A stretch of 64,000 bases of DNA from Dehalococcoidia bacterium (GTDB taxonomy: Bacteria > Chloroflexota > Dehalococcoidia > Plut-88900), in assembly GCA_965197645.1 (NCBI GenBank), contig OZ240219.1, positions 2,368,001 through 2,432,000 on the forward strand, given 5' to 3'. Both the position numbers and the translations under genes were made by a program. Under the pieces are notes generated by a model that did not search any database, had not been told where the DNA came from, and was given only the letters and a program-made list of their open reading frames with translations. Positions 56,818-64,000 of this stretch are shown here, in pieces (within the stretch, counting starts at the first letter, position 1; the number at the start of each line of letters is the position of its first letter).

Positions 56818-57963
56818 ATGGACACGACGATGCTAGGCGTCAAATCTGAGGGAATCATCACCGCCGACGAGATTGTGGCGGCTACCCTCCCGCCGTCTCA
56901 GGCCTCCACCCTACCACCTCGGTGCTATGCCTCGCCCGAGATATACGATCTGGAGCTGGAGCGAATATATCGCAGAAATTGGCAGCTGGTCGGCCGGGTC
57001 GAGGAGGTGGCGGCACCCGGTGATTACTTTTGCATAGACGTGGCCAACGAGCCCCTCGTAGTCGTCCGCGACAGGAGCGGCCGGGTCCGGATCCTATCGC
57101 GGGTATGTCGACACCGGTGGGCACACGTCATCGACGGGCACGGCAACACCTCCTCTTTCCAGTGCCCCTATCACGCCTGGACGTACGACCTGGATGGCAG
57201 GCTCATGGGCGCGCCGGAGATGAAAGACACGGCGAACTTCGATACGGCGCTGCACTGCTTGCCTTCCCTACCCACAGAGGTATGGGAAGGGTTCATATTC
57301 GTCAATCTGGACCCGCAGGCCCGGCCCCTGAGACCGGAGCTGGCCACCCTCTCCAAGAGGTTGAGTAACTATCGGCTTGACGATATGCAGTTGGTCTACA
57401 CCAAACAGTTCGATGGCCGCTGGAACTGGAAGGTGTTCGTGGACAACTTCAACGAGTTCTATCACCATCTGGGCCTCCACAAGGACACCCTGCAGGACGT
57501 TAGCCCAGCCCACCACACTGTGGTCGAAGATACCGATGGGCCCTATTGCTTCCAACGCCTACGGATGACCGACGACGGGGGAGATTACGCCCTCCTTCCC
57601 CAGATAGAGGTCCTTACCTCGGAGCAGGTCGAGGAGGTCGTACTGGTCACCCTGTTCCCAAACTTTCTACTGATTCTCCTGGCAAATTGCATCACCTACT
57701 TCCGAGTCCTCCCTTCAGAGACCGAAGAGACCTACCTGACCTTGAACATCGCCGTTCCCCGGACATCCCTCGGCGTGCCCGACTTCCAGGACCGGTTGAA
57801 GACGATAACCGAGAGCACCCTGGAGTTCCACTACCAAGACATGGCGATCTGCGATGCCGTGCAGAGCGGCCTCAAGTCAAGCATGGCAAAACAGGGCCGG
57901 CTGTCGTGGATAGAGAAGTCCCTGTGGCAGTTCAACCAGTGGTATCTGGAAATGATGGCATAG
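56818..57963 (+). CDS. Rieske non-heme iron oxygenase alpha subunit
   Basis: TLPPRCY, CRHRW..CPYHAW, NWKVFVDNFNEFYHHLGLH and QD motifs. Confidence 0.92.
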   Translation: MDTTMLGVKSEGIITADEIVAATLPPSQASTLPPRCYASPEIYDLELERIYRRNWQLVGRVEEVAAPGDYFCIDVANEPLVVVRDRSGRVRILSRVCRHRWAHVIDGHGNTSSFQCPYHAWTYDLDGRLMGAPEMKDTANFDTALHCLPSLPTEVWEGFIFVNLDPQARPLRPELATLSKRLSNYRLDDMQLVYTKQFDGRWNWKVFVDNFNEFYHHLGLHKDTLQDVSPAHHTVVEDTDGPYCFQRLRMTDDGGDYALLPQIEVLTSEQVEEVVLVTLFPNFLLILLANCITYFRVLPSETEETYLTLNIAVPRTSLGVPDFQDRLKTITESTLEFHYQDMAICDAVQSGLKSSMAKQGRLSWIEKSLWQFNQWYLEMMA

Positions 57964-57994
57964 AGATGAGTCAGTCACCGAAATTCGCGTCCAG

Positions 57995-58120
57995 GGAGTC
58001 CAAAGGGCTTCGCCCTCCCTTGTCTGATATTATGGGTGCAGGGCCTCGCCCTGCCTCTGGCAGGGGGCTTGGGGGCCGTTCCCCCAGTTAAACTAATGTC
58101 CGAGGGCGGGCGGTTGGGAC
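57995..58120 (+). repeat. intergenic repeat family C, copy 3, with nested repeat D
   Basis: family C halves split by the D hairpin. Confidence 0.75.
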
Positions 58121-58153
58121 AGCGATGCTAGATTGTTTGAGGCAAACGGAACG

Positions 58154-59011
58154 ATGAAAGACTTCAAGGACAAGGTAGCAGTCATCACCGGCGCCGCCAG
58201 CGGCATCGGGTACGCGATCGCCGAAAAGGCAGTATCCGAAGGAGCGAAAGTCGTGCTCGCTGACGTGGAGGAGCAGGCCCTAGTCAAAGCCGAGGCGGAG
58301 CTGAAGGAGCAGGGAGGCTCCGTGCTTTCCGTGCTTACCGACGTGTCCAGGCCGGAGGACATAGAAGAAGTGGCCAAACAGACCCTGGACGCCTTCGGCG
58401 CTGCGCATCTGCTCTTCAACAACGCCGGCGTGGGAGCGGGCATGTCCGTCTGGCGCAGCACCATCGCCGACTGGCAGTGGGTCTTGAACGTCAACCTGTG
58501 GGGCGTGATCTACGGCATCAAGACCTTCGTGCCCATCATGAATGAGCAGGACACCGAGTGCCATATCGTCAACACCTCATCTCTGGCTGGGCTGGTCTCC
58601 TTCCCGGGCCTCGGGCCGTACAACATCACTAAGTTCGCCGTGGTAACCCTGTCCGAGACCCTCTACCACGAGCTTGCCCTGGAAAGGTCGAAGATCGGGG
58701 TCTCGGTACTGTGTCCCGGCTGGGTGAGCACCAGGATCATGGAGTCGGACCGCAACCGTCCTTCCCAGCTTCAGAACAGTCCATCGGAGGAAAGACGGTC
58801 CAGGGAGCAGGTCAACCGGGCGGCGGAGCTGAGAGATATGGCGAGAAACGGGACGCCACCCGCCGATATCGCCAGTGCGGTCTTCGAGGCGATGCGAGAA
58901 GAAAAGTTCTATATCCTTCCCCATCCCGAGGCGAACGCCTTAATAGAGCTTCGCATGGACGACATACTGAAGGGACGAAACCCGACTCCCCGTTCCGGTA
59001 TAGGGTCGTAG
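58154..59011 (+). CDS. short-chain dehydrogenase/reductase
   Basis: TGAASGIG, NNAG, NTSS and YNITK motifs. Confidence 0.94.
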   Translation: MKDFKDKVAVITGAASGIGYAIAEKAVSEGAKVVLADVEEQALVKAEAELKEQGGSVLSVLTDVSRPEDIEEVAKQTLDAFGAAHLLFNNAGVGAGMSVWRSTIADWQWVLNVNLWGVIYGIKTFVPIMNEQDTECHIVNTSSLAGLVSFPGLGPYNITKFAVVTLSETLYHELALERSKIGVSVLCPGWVSTRIMESDRNRPSQLQNSPSEERRSREQVNRAAELRDMARNGTPPADIASAVFEAMREEKFYILPHPEANALIELRMDDILKGRNPTPRSGIGS

Positions 59012-59068
59012 GTAGAGGGCGGCAGGGCAGGCCTTGGCTCCCCTGCAATCCCTTAAAGGAGAGCACAC

Positions 59069-60220
59069 GTGTGGTTGCACTTCACCGAGGAAGAGCTGGC
59101 CCAGCGTAGACAAAAGACCATCGCCGAGATGACGGCTCGAGGGCTGGACGCGTTGCTGGTGTTCCGGCAGGAGAGCATGTACTACCTGACCGGGTACGAC
59201 ACCATGGGCTACTCCCAGTTCCAGGCCCTCTACCTCGGGGCCGATGGAACCCTGATCCTGCTGACCCGCTCTCCCGACCTGCGCCAGTCGAAATTCACCT
59301 CGGTAATCGAAGATGTCCGGATATGGGTCGATCGGGGCGGCGGAAACCCCGGACTGGACCTTTTGGACATCCTGAAAGGGCAGGGCTGCCGCGACAAGAA
59401 GCTTGGCGTCGAGCTCCACGCCTGGACCCTCACCGGTCAGCGGTGGGAGATGGTCAAGGCAGCCCTGGACGGCTTCTGCAGCTACGAGGATGCCACAGAC
59501 ATCGTCAATGAGCTGCGCATGGTCAAGAGCGACGCCGAGGTCGAGTACGTGAGAAAGGCCGCCGGTCTGGCCGATGCGGCACTGGCCGAGGCCCAGAAGC
59601 TGGCCACACCGGGCACTCCCGAGCAGGAGATCTTCGCCGGTATGCACTCGGTGATTTTCCGCGGCGGCGGAGACTATCCAGCCAGCCGGTTCATCATCGG
59701 AGCGGGCGAGCGGGCGCTCATGGTCCGCCATTTCACCGGCTACGGCACCATCGGCGACAACGACCAGATGCAGCTGGAGTTTGGCGCCACCTATCGCCAC
59801 TATCACTCATGCCTAATGCGGACGATACTTACCACGAAGGCGGACCCGCTCCACGTGCGGATGCACGCCGCCTGCGTCGATGCCTTGAAGGCCTGTCAAG
59901 AGGCGGCCGTACCCGGCGCCACCTACGGGGATGTCTTCGATGCTCACGCCCGCACCTTCGATGAAGCGGGATTCGGCGAGCACAAGCTGAACGCCTGTGG
60001 ATACAGCCTCGGCGCCCTCTATCCGCCGACCTGGATGGACTACCCTATGCTCTACGCGGCCAACCCGGTGGTTGTCCAGCCCAACATGGTGATCTTCATG
60101 CACATGATCCTGCTGGACAGCAACACCGGGCTCACGATGTCGATGGGAGAGACGTCCCTGATTACCGAGACCGGCTGTGAGAGCCTGTCCAAGATGCCGA
60201 AGGACCTGGTGGTCAACTAG
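59069..60220 (+). CDS. M24 family pita-bread hydrolase, EutD/DoeA/creatinase-like
   Basis: ESMYYLTGYD, LRMVKSDAE, YRHYHSCLMRT and CGYSLG motifs; canonical prolidase metal ligands are replaced. Confidence 0.85.
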   Translation: MWLHFTEEELAQRRQKTIAEMTARGLDALLVFRQESMYYLTGYDTMGYSQFQALYLGADGTLILLTRSPDLRQSKFTSVIEDVRIWVDRGGGNPGLDLLDILKGQGCRDKKLGVELHAWTLTGQRWEMVKAALDGFCSYEDATDIVNELRMVKSDAEVEYVRKAAGLADAALAEAQKLATPGTPEQEIFAGMHSVIFRGGGDYPASRFIIGAGERALMVRHFTGYGTIGDNDQMQLEFGATYRHYHSCLMRTILTTKADPLHVRMHAACVDALKACQEAAVPGATYGDVFDAHARTFDEAGFGEHKLNACGYSLGALYPPTWMDYPMLYAANPVVVQPNMVIFMHMILLDSNTGLTMSMGETSLITETGCESLSKMPKDLVVN

Positions 60221-60243
60221 CGCGTCGCTTGCAACTACGGCCT

Positions 60244-60283
60244 CGTCATTGCGAGACCCGACAAAGTCGGGGCGTGGCAATCC
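60244..60283 (+). repeat. REP-like family B
   Basis: CGTCATTGCGAGACCCGACAAAGTCGGGGCGTGGCAATCC. Confidence 0.85.
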
Positions 60284-60376
60284 AGATTTTGACAGATTCC
60301 TCGGCCTCGAAACTTCTTTCCAGGAGTTCGATTACCTTAGCTGTTGTGTCTTTCCGTGCTCATATCATCCTGCTCT

Positions 60377-61114
60377 CTACTCCTGTGGGATAACAGGGGC
60401 GGTGATGACGTTCGGCTCCCCGTGGCCGGAGAGGGTGAAGGTGACGTCGACGTGGTGCTCCGGGAACCCGCCGCCCCTCGGCCTTAAATACTCCTGCCTG
60501 GCCTGAACCAGCCTCCCCGCCGAATCGATCCAGAACTCCCAGTTCTCGAAGGTTCCGGGGATCCCGCCAATCACGGTATGATCCGCTTCTGCTATGTAGT
60601 GTTTGACCGAGGTGTTGTCATCGCCGATGGTGACCGTTCCCAGGAACTGGACATCGGCCGGGTCCCAACTCCCGCAGAATGTCGGTGTGGGCGGGTCGAT
60701 GGATTTAGCTGTTGTGTCTTCGTCCGAGCGTGTGGAGGAGCTGGCCGGCGGGGTCAAAATCTCAATCTCTTCCCACGAGCCCCATTGCCCATTCTGCCCC
60801 GTCTCCCGTACGTACCACCTGCGGTCTACCCTTATCTCCTCGTATCCAGGGGGCTGGTCTTTGTAGCGGCTGGTCTGGTGCATGGAATCCCCATGGATAC
60901 GGCCTTCGATGACTGTATGCACCGTCGTATCGCTCTTCCGATCAGCACCGGTGATGGTGAAGTCAACATCGGTGTACTCAGCGGTACAGGCGTCCCCCAC
61001 CGCGACCGCGGCTTCGACCGGCGTCGCCGTGCGACATGATAGTGTCACCATCATCGCCGCAGCCAGCATTAGGGCCACAACGCTCAACCTCGGATACAGT
61101 TTCGCTGACCTCAT
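60377..61114 (-). CDS. secreted lipoprotein, possible LolA/LppX-like beta fold
   Basis: signal peptide ending in LSC; EFWIDSAGRLVQ and SGHGEPNVITAP motifs; ATGA overlap with the upstream gene. Confidence 0.7.
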   Translation of the reverse strand: MRSAKLYPRLSVVALMLAAAMMVTLSCRTATPVEAAVAVGDACTAEYTDVDFTITGADRKSDTTVHTVIEGRIHGDSMHQTSRYKDQPPGYEEIRVDRRWYVRETGQNGQWGSWEEIEILTPPASSSTRSDEDTTAKSIDPPTPTFCGSWDPADVQFLGTVTIGDDNTSVKHYIAEADHTVIGGIPGTFENWEFWIDSAGRLVQARQEYLRPRGGGFPEHHVDVTFTLSGHGEPNVITAPVIPQE

Positions 61115-61323
61115 AACGTGGTGTCTGTTAGGTCGTCGTCGTCGAGCCAGCCGTACTTGCGGCATAGACGGACCCAAAGTCGCTGGGTATTAGCGGTATC
61201 GCGCCTGGCTTCCACCGACATGTCCGTAAGGCGAATCTGTAAACCGGCTAAAGTAGCCTGAACTATTTCCATTCTGTCCACACGGCCCTCCAACTTGTCC
61301 ATGGGTTCATCTGCCATCGTCAT
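61111..61323 (-). CDS. small hypothetical protein (70 aa)
   Basis: GAGGAGG RBS, coiled-coil-like N-terminus, coupled to both neighbours. Confidence 0.65.
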   Translation of the reverse strand: MTMADEPMDKLEGRVDRMEIVQATLAGLQIRLTDMSVEARRDTANTQRLWVRLCRKYGWLDDDDLTDTTL

Positions 61324-61335
61324 AGTGTACCTCCT

Positions 61336-62061
61336 CTACTCCGGTATGACGGGGGCGGTGATAACGTTGGCTTCGCCGTGGCCGGAGAAGGTAATCACCA
61401 CATCGATGTGGTGGTCCGGCCCACAATCGGCTGGGTCGTAGGATTCTGATCTGGCTTGAAGGATGGCCCCCGATGAATCTATCCAGTACTCGTAATTCTC
61501 GTAGGTGCCGGATGGTCCTCCAACCACCGTATCGTCAAAGTATGCCTTGTAGTGCTTGACCGAGGTGTTGTCGTCCCCGATGGTGGCCGTCCCTAGGTAC
61601 TGGACATCGGACAGGGGCCAGACGCCGCAGAAGGTGGAGGACGGCGGGTCTATCGATCTGGCTCCCGACTCTCCACCAGCCGCTTCATCGCTATCACTAG
61701 CAGCGCTGCCCGCCGGTGTGCGGGGTTGCGTGACATTCCAAGGTCCCCATGCGCCCTGGGCATCCCTCTCGCGGGTGTAGATGATTCGGTCGACCAGGAT
61801 CATTTCAAACGCTGGGGGGCTACCCTCCAAAGCATTCAGTTGGTGCCAGGCGTCGCCGTCCAGGCGGACCGTGATGACCGATTAGTATGTTGTATCGCCT
61901 TGTCTATCCGTCCCGTTGGCTGTAAAGTCGACCGACCGAACCTTCCCGGCCTGGGCGCAGGCGTCACCGACGACGGCTGCCGCATCGACGGCTGTCGCGC
62001 AGCCGAGTATCTGCAGCCCAATGAATAAGCCAATGACCGCGCCGATCCACTTCATAATCAT
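61336..62061 (-). pseudogene. paralog of 60377..61114 interrupted by one in-frame TAA (61882..61884)
   Basis: MIMKWIGAVIGLFIGLQILGC...DTTY*SVITVRLDGDAWHQ continues in frame into ORF 61336..61830. Confidence 0.85.
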
Positions 62062-62087
62062 CCTTCACACTCCTTCTCTGCTATGCC

Positions 62088-62381
62088 TTACACGGGGCAG
62101 GTCTTCATCACATAGCTGGCGCTGTCCGAGTAGGGGCTCCACGCAGCCAAGTAGTCGGTGCTATTCCCCATCGCTCTCACCCGCAGCTCAAGGGTCGTGC
62201 CGCAAGCCGGCGCCGGGACAGTGTAGCCGGTGGCCGTGCCGAGCACCGATGTTGTAACCACCGTCCAATCCCCGTCGCTGATGCGCTTGGCGACCTCATA
62301 TGACCGGACTCTGCTCTGTGCATCCCAGCTGAGGGTGATGACGGGGGCGGTTACGATAGCTGGGTTCGGGCATGAGGCTGC
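62088..62381 (-). pseudogene. start-less fibronectin type III-like module
   Basis: manual translation: PAIVTAPVITLSWDAQSRVRSYEV...WTVV...GYTVPAPACGTTLELRVRAMGN...AAWSPYS. Confidence 0.72.
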
Positions 62382-63257
62382 TTACTCTTTCGGTGCTACC
62401 AACTCTCTGATCTGCTCCTCGGTCGCACCGGCCTGCCTCAGCTGATCCGTCAGCACCTCCCGCAGCTCATCCGGCAACTCGTCGAAGTCGAGTCCGTCCA
62501 TAAATTCCAACAGATCTGAAAGGTTCGGCGGCGACACCGGCGTCGGAGTAACATTCGGGTTGGGAAGATGGTTCGGCTCGCCCAGGCCGCTGAAAACGGC
62601 ATGCAGGGCCGTCGCCTCGTCGGGTTGGCCTTCTATGGGGGCGTGTACGAGCAGGTAGGACACCTTGACCAGGTAGCCCTTGTCGTCAATCCAGATGACC
62701 CAGTCCCACTCCTTGGCGAGCTCCCCCTGCTCGGGCAGGATGTTCGTCTTCTCGCCAGTGATGTTAAGCGCGGTGAACTTCTTGGTGGGCTTGCCCTCGA
62801 CCGTCTCAGTGCCGATGTAGGTGAAGTACTCCAGATTGTCGATGCAGAGGTCCTCGACCCTGTAGGGAAAGGTGAGGGCGTTCCTGGTCTTATCCCTGAT
62901 CCACTCCCACTCCCCGCCGTCCATGCGGGAGTAAACGGTCCCATCCCTGTATACCTTTTCCCACTTTTTAGCATCGCCCTGGCGAGGGTGATAGGTGTGG
63001 TAAGAGTCCCCTGAGATGAACCTGTACATCTCTGCGGACTTGGTTACCCTGCCGTCCTCCAGGGCTTCGCCGTAGATACGGACGTCGTAGTCGGTGATAG
63101 GTGCAGCCTTCTGGCAGGCCTGGTCCCGTGCATCAACCTCGATGAACTGGTCATCGCCGGGGAGTGCCCACCAAGCCAGCCCGCCACCCACGGCGGCCAG
63201 GACTACGACCAGCCTGGCCAACCACATCCGGTAGCTGTTCGAAAGTAAACGGCTCAT
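62382..63257 (-). CDS. membrane-anchored/secreted protein, distant relative of 60377..61114
   Basis: N-terminal TM helix; WVIWIDDKGYLVK and FSGLGEPN motifs. Confidence 0.75.
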   Translation of the reverse strand: MSRLLSNSYRMWLARLVVVLAAVGGGLAWWALPGDDQFIEVDARDQACQKAAPITDYDVRIYGEALEDGRVTKSAEMYRFISGDSYHTYHPRQGDAKKWEKVYRDGTVYSRMDGGEWEWIRDKTRNALTFPYRVEDLCIDNLEYFTYIGTETVEGKPTKKFTALNITGEKTNILPEQGELAKEWDWVIWIDDKGYLVKVSYLLVHAPIEGQPDEATALHAVFSGLGEPNHLPNPNVTPTPVSPPNLSDLLEFMDGLDFDELPDELREVLTDQLRQAGATEEQIRELVAPKE

Positions 63258-63275
63258 ATCATCTCGCCGGTCTGC

Positions 63276-63560
63276 CTAGGGTCGGTCTAAGTAGTCGGTT
63301 GTCCACCCCTTGATGCGGTTGATCACCGCATTTGTCACATCGCCATGAAAGTAGTCGACAATCTCAATGTATTGCTCTCGGCGTATAGGGATGTTCGGGT
63401 CCAAACCTTCATTGAATGCCGGGATACCATCTATCGATTCAGTGGGTCGCGCATCAATTCTCTGCCCAAGTTGCCAGGAGGTGCTTTTCCCGCGGGTACC
63501 ATTCACAACCTCGGTCCCCACCGTGTACCGGTAGTGGGCGTACGCCTTGAAGTTGGTGGT
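63276..63560 (-). pseudogene. probable 3' remnant of a gene truncated at a family A repeat
   Basis: the start codon of the 113-aa ORF lies inside the repeat; the rest is lower GC and ends 18 bp before the next gene. Confidence 0.5.
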
Positions 63561-63690
63561 GGCCGGGAGTCCGAGAGCCTGTCCTGAGTACGCCGAAGGG
63601 ATGTCCCTCGGATACAATTGCTATCTCTTCCTGGTCAGGAAGAGGCCTGGGGGACGGTCGCGAAAGGGGATTCCCGAAGGTCGGCCGCTA
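63561..63690 (+). repeat. intergenic repeat family A, copy 4 (5'-truncated, with the nested insert)
   Basis: GGCCGGGAGTCCGAGAGCCTGTCCTGAGTACGCCGAAGGGATGTCCCTCGGA..CTTCCTGGTCAGGAAG. Confidence 0.8.
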
Positions 63691-64000
63691 GTTGAGATCG
63701 AACCCGTAGAGCCGGGCGGCGTTCTCGCCTACGATCTTCCTTTTCTCGTCCCCGGGGATATCTCTGAACGTCCGCTCAATGACCTCTCGAGAGTGGGGGA
63801 ATGTTCCCTCGTCGTGGGGATAGTCGCTGCCCCACAGCAGGCACTCCACACCGGTCACCTCGCGGGTCATCAGTCCGACCAGGTCGTCCCCGAAGGTGGC
63901 GTACCCCTGTCGCTTGAAGTACTCGCTGGGCAGCATCTCCAACCGGGGTGTCTCCCACATGTGCCGCCGGTGGTGGTTATCGTCCATCTGCATCAGCAGC
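63688..64000 (-). CDS. amidohydrolase family protein, 3' part (runs off the window)
   Basis: RHMW, PSEYFKRQG and WGSDYPHDEGTFPHS motifs. Confidence 0.9.
   Translation of the reverse strand, partial: LLMQMDDNHHRRHMWETPRLEMLPSEYFKRQGYATFGDDLVGLMTREVTGVECLLWGSDYPHDEGTFPHSREVIERTFRDIPGDEKRKIVGENAARLYGFDLN

Noticed and set aside
61882-62384. genome-wide reassignment of TAA
   Set aside because: many intact genes in the window end properly at TAA

Overview
High-GC (roughly 60-63% by eye) bacterial catabolic region with no rRNA, tRNA, CRISPR array, integrase or transposase that I can recognise. It is dominated by paralog families: eight Amidohydro_2 TIM-barrel proteins, five luciferase-like (LLM) monooxygenases, two Rieske oxygenase alpha subunits, two phytoene-dehydrogenase-like FAD oxidoreductases, two ureohydrolases and two near-identical polyamine-type binding lipoproteins. 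This gene mix, together with the secreted lipoprotein and FN3 fragments, suggests a Dehalococcoidia/SAR202-like chloroflexum, possibly host-associated (inference only). Best candidates for something new: (1) a FAD oxidoreductase-Rieske-double ureohydrolase operon flanked by paralogs of its first two genes, possibly for N-methylated guanidino compounds; (2) a solitary tandem double-domain EctC with intact metal sites but a remodelled substrate pocket; (3) an amidohydrolase pair in which one partner lacks the usual catalytic Asp/Glu; (4) several nested non-autonomous intergenic repeat families, one of which abuts stop codons; (5) a giant two-permease ABC system; (6) a decaying cassette of secreted proteins with in-frame TAA stops and a hidden FN3 module. 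All product calls come from motif recognition, not from database searches.
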